DNA of 64,000 nt from an uncultured Planctomycetota bacterium (GTDB lineage: Bacteria > Planctomycetota > Planctomycetia > Isosphaerales > Isosphaeraceae): NCBI GenBank assembly GCA_963737655.1, contig CAVTTN010000002.1, positions 6,112,001 to 6,176,000 on the forward strand, written 5' to 3'. Below, piece by piece: positions 1 through 8,643 of the stretch. The position numbers and the translations under genes were made by a program. A model generated the notes under the pieces. That model was not told the origin of the DNA, did no database searches, and was given only the letters and a program-made list of their open reading frames with translations. Numbering within the stretch: position 1 is the stretch's first letter; every line of letters begins with the position of its first letter.

Positions 1-2
1 TG

Positions 3-734
3 ATGACCGACCGCCCCTCGGACGCCCGGTTCCTCGACCCGGCCGAGCGCGAGTGGCTCGAAGCGAAGCTGGAGGCCGAGCGCCGGGAGGTCGCGGCGAA
101 GGGGGTCGGCCTGGCGCAGGCCCTGCGGAGCCCGGCGGTCTGGATCCTCGCCCTGGCGATCTTCGCGACGAACATCGGCGGGTACGCCGCCGCCTTCTGG
201 CTCCCGAACGTGGTGAAGGGGCTCCTGGTCTCGACCCACGGCTCGGCCGACCCCGACGCCGTTTTCAACTGGCTGTGCGTGGCCTACCTGTTCGGCCTGG
301 CCGGGGTCTGGGCCTCGGGCCGGATCTCGGACTGGACGGGCGAGCGCAAGTGGGTGTGCATCGCGGCGCAGGTCCTGGCCGGGGCCTGCCTGATGGGCAG
401 CGTGTACCCCGGTCAGTCGTGGAACGCGACCTTCGCCTGGCTCTGCGCCTTCGAGGTCTTCGCCTTCGCCTGGCCCCCGCCGTTCTGGGTCCTGCCCACG
501 CTCACCCTGTCGGCCTCGGCGGCGGCGGTGGCGATCGGTTTCGTGAACATCTGCGCGAACGTGGCCGGGATGGTCGGCTCGCCGATCGTGGGCGAGATGA
601 AGGACGCCCGGTTCGGCGACCGGGCCTGCATGCTCTTCCTGGCCGGCTGCTACATCGCCGGGGGCGTCATCCTCGCGGCCCTGCGGGTGCCGAAGAGGGA
701 GGACAAGGCCGCCCCGGCGATCGACGAGACCTGA
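3..734 (+). CDS. MFS transporter (ACS/tartrate-transporter-like), 5'-truncated by the window edge
   Basis: Multiple hydrophobic helices; 'DRPSDARFL..EREWL' loop and 'GRISDWTGERK' MFS motif-A-like repeat. Confidence 0.8.
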   Translation: MTDRPSDARFLDPAEREWLEAKLEAERREVAAKGVGLAQALRSPAVWILALAIFATNIGGYAAAFWLPNVVKGLLVSTHGSADPDAVFNWLCVAYLFGLAGVWASGRISDWTGERKWVCIAAQVLAGACLMGSVYPGQSWNATFAWLCAFEVFAFAWPPPFWVLPTLTLSASAAAVAIGFVNICANVAGMVGSPIVGEMKDARFGDRACMLFLAGCYIAGGVILAALRVPKREDKAAPAIDET

Positions 735-847
735 GCCGGAAGCGGCCCGGCCGATCGTCGGCGGGTCGTCCCTTGCTTCGGCCCGGGGTCGGCGTATACT
801 GGCCCTCCTCGCGTCTCGGCCCGGGTGTTCCGCGGGGGGCAGGGGCG

Positions 848-1813
848 ATGCCTAGAGTGCTCGTGACCGATTCCACGTTCGAGAAACTCGACGTCGAGGA
901 GCCGATCCTCTCGGCCGTCGGCGGCTCGATCGACGCTCGCCAGTGCCGGACCGAGGCCGAGCTCGTGGAGGCCGTCCCCGGGGCCGAGTACATCCTCACG
1001 CAATTCGCCCCGATCAACGCGCGGGTGATCGCCGCGATGGACCGGGCCCGGAGGATCGTCCGCTACGGGATCGGCGTGGACAACGTGGACCTGGACGCCG
1101 CCCGGGAGCGCGGCATCCCCGTGTGCAACGTCCCGGCCTACTGCGTCGACGAGGTCGCCGACCACGCGATGGCCCTCCTCCTCGATGCCACCCGGCGGAT
1201 CTGCGCCAATGCCCGGCTCGTCCGCGAGGGGAAGTGGGGCCTGGCCCGCCCCCTGGGCCAGATGAAGGCCCTGCGCGACCTGACCGTCGGGATCGTCGGC
1301 TTCGGGAGGATCGGCCGGGAAGTCGCCGCGAGGCTCAGGCCGTTCAAGGGCCGGATCCTGGCCCACGACCCGAACGTCCTCGGCGGCGAATTCCGCCAGC
1401 TCGGGGCCGAGCCGGTGGGGCTCGATGTCCTGCTCGCCGAGAGCGACGCCGTGACCCTCCACTGCCCCTCCACGCCCCAGACCCGCCGCCTGATCGACCG
1501 CGCCGCGATCGGCCGGATGAAGCCGGGGGCCATCCTGATCAACGTGGCCCGGGGCGACGTCGTCGAGACCGCCGCGCTGATCGAGGCGATCCGGAGCGGC
1601 CGGATCTCGGCCGCCGGGCTCGACGTGACCGACCCCGAACCCCCTCCGGCCGACCACCCCTTGCGGGCTCTGGAGGACGTGGTCATCACGTCTCATGTGG
1701 CCTCGACCAGCGAGAAGGCCGTCCGCGCCCTCCGCGAGACGGCCGCCGAGCTGATCGCCGGGGCGATCCGGGGCGAGCCGCCGAGGAACGTCGTCAACGG
1801 CGTGACCGCCTGA
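848..1813 (+). CDS. D-isomer-specific 2-hydroxyacid dehydrogenase (CtBP-like)
   Basis: ATG at 848; 'RYGIGVDNVD', 'GFGRIG' Rossmann motif, 'LINVARG', 'DVTDPEP', 'SHVA'. The ORF-track start at 53 is a GC-rich extension. Confidence 0.9.
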   Translation: MPRVLVTDSTFEKLDVEEPILSAVGGSIDARQCRTEAELVEAVPGAEYILTQFAPINARVIAAMDRARRIVRYGIGVDNVDLDAARERGIPVCNVPAYCVDEVADHAMALLLDATRRICANARLVREGKWGLARPLGQMKALRDLTVGIVGFGRIGREVAARLRPFKGRILAHDPNVLGGEFRQLGAEPVGLDVLLAESDAVTLHCPSTPQTRRLIDRAAIGRMKPGAILINVARGDVVETAALIEAIRSGRISAAGLDVTDPEPPPADHPLRALEDVVITSHVASTSEKAVRALRETAAELIAGAIRGEPPRNVVNGVTA

Positions 1814-1829
1814 AGCCCGAGGAGCCGCG

Positions 1830-2899
1830 ATGGCCGCCGCCCGAGTCGCCGTCGAGGAACTGACCGCCTTCTGTCACGAGGCCCTCGCCCGCGCCGGGGC
1901 CGATCCGACCACGCCGCGATCGCCGCCGAGGCCCTGGCGACGACCGACAGCCTGGGCGTCTTCACCCACGGCTCCAAGCTCCTTCCCGGATACGTCCGCC
2001 GCCTCCGAGCGGGCGGGATTCGCGGCGACGTCGATCCGAGGATCGTCGCCGAAGGGCCGTCCTGGGCGATCCTCGACGGCGGCTCCGCGCTCGGCCAGGT
2101 CATCGGCGTCAAGGCGATGGAAGACGCCATCGCCCGGGCCCGCCGGACCGGCGTGGCCTACGTCGGCGTCCGCAACAGCAACCATTTCGGCGCGGCCGGC
2201 TATTACGCGACGATGGCCGCGCGAGCCGGCTTCTTCGGCCTGGCGATGGCCAACGACGCCCCGAGCGTGGCCGCGCCCGGCTCTCGCGGGCCGGTCACCG
2301 GCACGAACCCCCTGGCCTATGCGATCCCGGCCGGGGACCGGGACCCGATCGTCCTGGACATCGCCATGAGCACCGTCGCGGGCGGCAAGGTCTATGCCGC
2401 CAAACAGCTCGGCAAGCCGATCCCGGCCGACTGGATCGTCGATCGCCGGGGGAGGCCGACCACTGAGGCCGCCCTCTATCCGCACGAAGCGGCTCTCGCG
2501 CCCATGAGCGGCCACAAGGGCTATGGCCTCGCCCTGATGATCGAGGCCCTTTCGGCGCTGGCCACCGGGGCCGCCGTGACGGCCGGCGTGGGCGGCTGGA
2601 TGTTCGGCGACCCGTCCGCCCCCACGAACCACGGGGCGGCCTTCCTCGCGATGGACGTCTCGGCGATGATCGGGGCCGACGCCTTCGCCGCCCGCGTCGG
2701 GGCCCTGATCGACGAGATCCATGCCGCCCCCACGGCCGAGGGGACCGATCGCCTCCTCGTCCCCGGCGAGCGCGAATGGGCGACCCGGCGGATCGCCCTG
2801 GCCGAGGGGATCGCCCTGCCGCCCGATGTCCTCGCCGCCCTGGCCCCCCTGGCCGCCGAACTTGGGTTGTCGCCCGCCTGGCTCACGAGGTCTTCATGA
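1830..2899 (+). CDS. Ldh_2 family (malate/L-lactate/ureidoglycolate-type) oxidoreductase, frameshift near 1906
   Basis: MAAARVAVEEL.. joins a second frame ..DSLGVFTHG.. SNHFGAAGYY.. GTNPLA.. GHKGYGL.. VPGERE; one C apparently missing at gatcc|gacc. Confidence 0.85.
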
Positions 2900-3702
2900 A
2901 AATCATCCGATATCAGGACGCAAGCGGTCGGATCGCGCTTGGATGCCTCCATCCCGACGGCTCGACCACCCGGCTCGACGGCGACCTCCTCGGCGACTTC
3001 CGAGACACCGGCGAGCCGGCCGACGTGGCGAAGCTCCTGGCGCCGATCGTCCCGGTGGACATCCTCTGCATCGGCCTGAACTACCGCCGCCACGCCGAGG
3101 AAGGCAAGCAAGCGATCCCCGAATGGCCGGTCCTGTTCATGAAAAACATCGGCGCACTCCAGAATCCCGGCGATCCGATCGTCCTGCCCAGGCAACTCCG
3201 CAGCGATGCGGTCGATTACGAGTGCGAGCTCGCCGTGGTGATCGGCAAGGCGTGCCGGAACGTGAAAAAATCGGAGGCGCTCGCTCACGTCCTCGGCTAC
3301 ACCTGCGCCAACGACGTGAGCGCCCGGGACTGGCAGATGCAGAAGGGCGGCACGCAGTGGTGCCGGGGCAAGACGTTCGCCACCTTCGCCCCGCTCGGGC
3401 CCTGCCTCGTCACGAAGGACGAGATCCCCGATCCGAACACGCTCCAGGTCCGCACGATCTTGAATGATCAGGTGATGCAGGACTGGAACACCGACGACAT
3501 GATTTTTGATGTGCCGACTTTGATCGAATTCCTCAGCGGGAGCACCCTCCTCTTGCCGGGGACGGTGATCCTGACCGGGACGCCTCACGGGATCGGCGGG
3601 GCGAGGAAGCCGCCCGTCTTCCTCAAGGACGGCGACACGGTGACGATCGAGATCCAGGGCATCGGCAGCCTGACCAACCCGGTCGTGGCCGAGGCGGAGT
3701 GA
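2896..3702 (+). CDS. Fumarylacetoacetate hydrolase family protein
   Basis: ATGA overlap with the previous gene; 'CIGLNY', 'DYECELAVVIG', 'NDVSARD', 'GKTF', 'ILTGTP'. Confidence 0.92.
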   Translation: MKIIRYQDASGRIALGCLHPDGSTTRLDGDLLGDFRDTGEPADVAKLLAPIVPVDILCIGLNYRRHAEEGKQAIPEWPVLFMKNIGALQNPGDPIVLPRQLRSDAVDYECELAVVIGKACRNVKKSEALAHVLGYTCANDVSARDWQMQKGGTQWCRGKTFATFAPLGPCLVTKDEIPDPNTLQVRTILNDQVMQDWNTDDMIFDVPTLIEFLSGSTLLLPGTVILTGTPHGIGGARKPPVFLKDGDTVTIEIQGIGSLTNPVVAEAE

Positions 3703-3706
3703 CCCG

Positions 3707-5704
3707 ATGGCGACCGTCACCAGAACGTCGGGCCGGACCGCCGCCGAGGTCGCGGGCCTGTACCGGACCATGCAGACGATCCGCCGGTGCGAGGAGGCGT
3801 TGGCCAAGGCCCATCAGCGAGGGCTGATCCACGGCGCCTGCCATACCTACGTCGGCCAGGAGGCGATCGCCTCGGGCGTGTGTGCCCACCTGAGGGCCGA
3901 CGACACGGTCTTCAGCACCCATCGCGGCCACGGCCACGCCCTGGCCAAGGGCGTCGATCCCCGAGAGCTGGCCGCCGAGCTGTTCGGTCGCTCGACGGGC
4001 TGCTCGCGGGGCCGAGGCGGCAGCATGCACCTCTTCGCCCCCGAGGTCGGCCTGATGGGCACGACCGGGATCGTCGGCCCCTGCATCCTCCAGGCCGCCG
4101 GCGCCGGCTACAGCGCGAAACTGCTCGGCGACGACCGCGTGGCCGTGGCGTTCTTCGGCGACGGCGCCGTGAACAACGGCGCGTTCCACGAGGGGCTGAA
4201 CCTCGCGAGCATCTGGAAGCTTCCCGTCCTGTTCGTCTGCGAGAATAACGGGTTCGCCACCGAGGTCCCCTTCGATTACTCCAGCGGGAACCCGGGAGTC
4301 GCAGGCCGGGCCGCGAGCTACGGGTTGCCCGGGGTCGAGGTCGATGGCAACGACGTGTTCGCCGTCTCCGACGCGGCCCTCGAAGCGATCGAGAGGGCGC
4401 GGAGCGGCGGAGGCGCGACCCTGATCGAGTGCAAGACGTATCGGACCCGCCCCCACGCCGAGGGGATGGGCGATTACACGTATCGGACCCGCGAGGACGT
4501 CGAACTCTGGAAGCTCCGATGCCCGATCCAGCGATTGCGGGGGCTCGCCATCGAGGAATCGCTCCTCGACGCCGCCGATCTCGACGCGATCGACGCCGAG
4601 ATCGAGGCCCGGATCGCCGAGGCCCTCCGGTTCGCCGAGGACAGCCCATATCCCGAGCCCGGATCGGCGACCGATCACATCTACGCCCCCCCGGCCCCGC
4701 CGCCCGTCGAGCCTCCGGAGGCGAGAAGTCGCGAACTCACGTTCATGAAAGCGACCCTCGAAGCCCTGACCTCGGCGATGGAGGCGGACCCGACGATTTT
4801 CGTGCTCGGCGAAGGGATCGGCAAGCGAGGCGGCAACTTCGCCACGACCCTCGGGCTCTACGACCGCTTCGGCCCGGTCCGCCTGTGCGACACGCCCATC
4901 AGCGAGCGAGGGTTCGTCGGCCTGGCCTGCGGGGCGGCGATGACCGGCACCCGGCCCGTGGTCGATTTCATGTTCGCCGACTTCGTCCTGGACGGCGTGG
5001 GCGAGATCCTCAACCAGATCGCCAAGATGCAATACATGAGCAGCGGCCGGCTCAAGATGCCCGTCCTGCTCCGCGGCTGCATCGGGATCGGCCACTCGGC
5101 GGCGACCCATCATTCGGGCAATTATTACGCGATGTACGCCCAGTTCCCCGGCCTCCGCGTGGTCGTCCCCTCCTCGGCGGCCGACGCCAAGGGCTTGCTC
5201 GCCCGGGCCCTGCGATCGGACGACCCGGTCCTCTTCCTCGAACATCGCGAGGCCCTGGCGATCAGGGGGCCGGTGCCCGAGGGGGATTACGAGATCGAGT
5301 TCGGCCGCGCGGCCGTCGTCCGCGAGGGGACGGATGTAACCGTGGTTGCGCTCGCATTCATGGTGTATCAATCGCTGAAAGCGTGCGCGATTTTGGAACG
5401 TGAGGGGATCTCGGTCGAGCTGATCGACCCCCGGACCGTCGCCCCGCTCGATTCGGGGACGATCCTGGGGTCGGTCCGCAAGACCGGCCGCCTCCTGATC
5501 GTGGACGAGGCGTTCTCGCCGTTCGGCCTGGGCGCCGAGATCGCCGCGAGGGTCGCCGACGCCGGGTTCGATGACCTGGACGCGCCGATCCGCCGCCTCA
5601 ATGGCGTCCATACTCCCACGCCGTACAGCCCCCCTCTGGAAGCCGCCGTCGTGCCCTCGGTCGAGGCGATCGTCGGAGCGATCCGCGACCTCGTGGCCGA
5701 GTGA
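3707..5704 (+). CDS. Fused E1 alpha/beta subunit of a 2-oxoacid/acetoin dehydrogenase complex
   Basis: TPP motif 'GDGAVNNG..CENN' in the N-half; 'DTPISE', 'ELIDPRT', 'LDAPIRR' E1-beta motifs in the C-half. Confidence 0.92.
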   Translation: MATVTRTSGRTAAEVAGLYRTMQTIRRCEEALAKAHQRGLIHGACHTYVGQEAIASGVCAHLRADDTVFSTHRGHGHALAKGVDPRELAAELFGRSTGCSRGRGGSMHLFAPEVGLMGTTGIVGPCILQAAGAGYSAKLLGDDRVAVAFFGDGAVNNGAFHEGLNLASIWKLPVLFVCENNGFATEVPFDYSSGNPGVAGRAASYGLPGVEVDGNDVFAVSDAALEAIERARSGGGATLIECKTYRTRPHAEGMGDYTYRTREDVELWKLRCPIQRLRGLAIEESLLDAADLDAIDAEIEARIAEALRFAEDSPYPEPGSATDHIYAPPAPPPVEPPEARSRELTFMKATLEALTSAMEADPTIFVLGEGIGKRGGNFATTLGLYDRFGPVRLCDTPISERGFVGLACGAAMTGTRPVVDFMFADFVLDGVGEILNQIAKMQYMSSGRLKMPVLLRGCIGIGHSAATHHSGNYYAMYAQFPGLRVVVPSSAADAKGLLARALRSDDPVLFLEHREALAIRGPVPEGDYEIEFGRAAVVREGTDVTVVALAFMVYQSLKACAILEREGISVELIDPRTVAPLDSGTILGSVRKTGRLLIVDEAFSPFGLGAEIAARVADAGFDDLDAPIRRLNGVHTPTPYSPPLEAAVVPSVEAIVGAIRDLVAE

Positions 5705-5721
5705 CCCGGAGTTCCGCCCCG

Positions 5722-6906
5722 ATGGCCGTCGAGATCCGCATCCCCCGCCTCGGCTGGAACATGGAAGAGGGCGTGTTCGTCGGCTGGCTGAAGGCCGACG
5801 GCGACCCGATTCGCGAGGGCGATCCGCTGTTCACCCTCGAAGGCGAGAAGTCCGCCCAGGAGGTCGAGGCGACCGAGTCCGGCGTGCTCCACGTCCCGGA
5901 GACGGCCCCTCGGGCGGGCCAGACGGTGCCGGTCGGGGCGCTGGTCGGCTTCGTCCTCGCTCCGGGCGAGTCGCCGCCGTCGGCGGTCGCGGTTCGGGCT
6001 CCGACGGCGACCGTCGCCGAGGTCGCCGAGGCGGCTGAGAAGCCTCCCCGACCGGCCCGCAACGGCGTGAAAGCCTCGCCGCTGGCCCGGCGGATCGCCC
6101 GCGAATTGAACATCGACTGGACCACCCTTCGAGGGAGCGGCTCGTCGGGCCGGGTCCGCAAGGCGGACGTCCTCGCCGCGTCTCGTCGCGATCCGGCGGC
6201 CGTCGCGGATCGCCCCTCGCCCGCGTCGCGATCGGTCCCGCTGACCCCGACCCGCCGGACGATCGCCGCGAGGATGGTCGAGAGCCGATCGACGACGGCC
6301 GCCGTGACCCTCACCACGACCGTCGACGCGACGAACCTGGTGAACCTCCGCGAGCAGTTCCGCGCCTCGAAGCCCGACGAGGTCCCGGGCTTCACGGATT
6401 TCCTCGTGAAGCTGTCGGCCCTCGTCCTGAAAGACCATGCCGTGATGAATTCGCGATGGCTCGGCGATCGGATCGAGCTGCTCGACGAGGTGAACGTCGG
6501 GATCGCCGTGGATGCCGAGGCGGGGCTGCTCGTGCCGGTGATCCGAGGGGCCGACGCGCTCGGGCTCCGCGAGATCGTCCGGAGGTCTCGCGACCTGATC
6601 GGCCGGGCCCGCGGGGGCTCGCTCCGGGCCGAGGAGATGCAGGGCGGGACGTTCACGATCACGAATCTTGGCGCCTTTGGGATCGAAACGTTCACGCCCA
6701 TTGTGAATTCGCCCGAGTGCGCGATCCTCGGCGTGGGGAGGATCGCCAGGCAGCCGGTGATGGTCGGCGAGTCCGCGGTCGGCCGCGACCGGATGCCGTT
6801 GAGCCTCACGTTCGACCACCGGATCGTCGATGGCGGGCCGGCCGCGAGGTTCCTCCGGGCGGTGGGCCGGGCGATCGAGAACCCCGGACCGTGGCTCATG
6901 TCCTGA
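5722..6906 (+). CDS. Dihydrolipoamide acyltransferase (E2)
   Basis: Lipoyl domain 'EGEKSAQEV', E3-binding 'ASPLARRIA..GSGSSGRV', catalytic 'FDHRIVDG'. Alternative start GTG at 5701. Confidence 0.92.
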   Translation: MAVEIRIPRLGWNMEEGVFVGWLKADGDPIREGDPLFTLEGEKSAQEVEATESGVLHVPETAPRAGQTVPVGALVGFVLAPGESPPSAVAVRAPTATVAEVAEAAEKPPRPARNGVKASPLARRIARELNIDWTTLRGSGSSGRVRKADVLAASRRDPAAVADRPSPASRSVPLTPTRRTIAARMVESRSTTAAVTLTTTVDATNLVNLREQFRASKPDEVPGFTDFLVKLSALVLKDHAVMNSRWLGDRIELLDEVNVGIAVDAEAGLLVPVIRGADALGLREIVRRSRDLIGRARGGSLRAEEMQGGTFTITNLGAFGIETFTPIVNSPECAILGVGRIARQPVMVGESAVGRDRMPLSLTFDHRIVDGGPAARFLRAVGRAIENPGPWLMS

Positions 6907-6922
6907 GAATCGAGGAACGCTC

Positions 6923-7704
6923 ATGCGATGCGACCTGGAGGGCAGAGTCGCCCTGGTGACCGGCGCGGCCCGGGGGATCGGCCGGGCGATCGCCGACCGC
7001 TTCGCCGCGAACGGCGCGAACGTCGTCTATTCCGACATCGACGAAGCCGGCGCCCGCGAGGCGGCCTCCTCCGTGGCCGGCGCCTCGTGGCGAAGGCTGG
7101 ACGTGACGAGCGGCGAGGACGCCGACTCCGCCATCGGGGCGATCGTCGCCGAGCATGGACGGATCGACATCGTCGTGAATAATGCGGGCATCAATACGAT
7201 GGCCCATCGCGTGACGATCGACGAGTTCCCCCGGTCCGAGTGGGACCGCATCCTCGCCGTCGACCTGACCGGCCTGTACGAGGTCAGCCGCGCCTCGGCC
7301 CGCGCGATGAAGGCGCGGAAATCGGGCCGGATCATCAACGTGGCGTCGATCGCCGGGCTCGTGCCGCTCCGCCTGCAATGTGCGTTCGTGGCGGCGAAGG
7401 CGGGCGTGGTGAACCTGACCAAGGCCATGGCGCTGGAGCTCGGGGCCGACGGCATCCTCGTCAACGGGATCGCGCCGGATCGACCCTGACCGACGGGACG
7501 CGGCAGCTCTTCTACGGCGAGGGCGGCCTGTTCCGCGATTCGGTCAAGGCCATGCTGGCGCACGTCCCGCTCGGGAGGCCGGCGGAGGTCGAGGAGATCG
7601 CCGTGGCGGCCCTGTTCCTCGCCGATCCCGAGAATAGTTACATGAATGGACACATTTTGACCGTGGACGGCGGCTGGACCGCCGGATATGCTCGCGAGTT
7701 CTGA
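6923..7704 (+). CDS. SDR family oxidoreductase, frameshift near 7475
   Basis: 'TGAARGIG', 'NNAG', 'VNGIAP|GSTLT..PLGR..VDGG'; the catalytic YxxxK reads FVAAK. Confidence 0.85.
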
Positions 7705-7719
7705 GCCGGCCGGTCGCGG

Positions 7720-8502
7720 TCACTCGCGGAGGAGGTCATCCGTGAACGCCCGGCTGGCCTGGAGGCCGAGGCGGATCGTGCCGAGGTCGCTGCCGACTTC
7801 CAGCATCCGGCAGCCCCGGCGGATCAGCGCGCGGGTCCGTTCCAGGCCGATGGGGACGGTCCCCCAGGCGATCCCGGCCGCGTCGCAGACGTCGGCGACG
7901 TGGTCCATCGCCGAGAGCAGCTTCGGGTTGTCGAACTGGCCGGCGATCCCGAGCGATGCGCTCAGGTCGGCCGGGCCGATGAACAGGAGATCGACGTCGG
8001 GCACCCGGGCGATCGCCTCGACGTGCTCCAGGCCGTCGAGGTTCTCGATCTGGATGGCCACGAACGTGTCGCGGTTGCATTTGTCGATGTATTCGGCGAA
8101 CGGGATCGCGCCGTAATCGCCGTCGCGGTTGCTGCCGTTGAGCCCTCGCCGGCCCCTGGGCGGGAACTTGACCCAGCTCACCACGCGCTCGGCCTCCTCG
8201 GCGGAGCGGACGTGGGCGGCCATGATCCCTCCGGCGCCGACCTCGAGGAACCGCATCACGGAGGCATAGTCCGTCGCGGCCATCCGGACGAAGCTGTCGA
8301 GGCCGGAGGCGCGGATGGCCATCGCGGCGCCCTGGACGGTCTCCAGGGTCACTCCGCCGTGCTCGTGGTCGAGCCAGAAGGCGTCGAAATGGCCGCGGAG
8401 GGCCACGATCTCCGCGAGCTTGGGGCTGAGCAATTGCCCGGTCGAGAAGACCCGGACGAGCTTCCCCTCGGCCAGAAGCCGCTTGATCCCTGAAGGCATC
8501 AT
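7720..8502 (-). CDS. HpcH/HpaI aldolase family protein
   Basis: 'DHEHG', 'KFPPRGRRG', 'QIEN', 'FIGPADLS' motifs; convergent with the operon. Confidence 0.9.
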   Translation of the reverse strand: MMPSGIKRLLAEGKLVRVFSTGQLLSPKLAEIVALRGHFDAFWLDHEHGGVTLETVQGAAMAIRASGLDSFVRMAATDYASVMRFLEVGAGGIMAAHVRSAEEAERVVSWVKFPPRGRRGLNGSNRDGDYGAIPFAEYIDKCNRDTFVAIQIENLDGLEHVEAIARVPDVDLLFIGPADLSASLGIAGQFDNPKLLSAMDHVADVCDAAGIAWGTVPIGLERTRALIRRGCRMLEVGSDLGTIRLGLQASRAFTDDLLRE

Positions 8503-8643
8503 CCCCTCCGAAGCGGACGGACCCCTCTCGATCGGCCCTTGCCCGGGGCGAGGGCGTCGCCACGATAATCGAACCCCCGGCGCGAGTCCATTCGGTTACA
8601 ATCGCGGCCTCTCCGTCGACCGGCCCGGCCCGAGGGAATCGTC

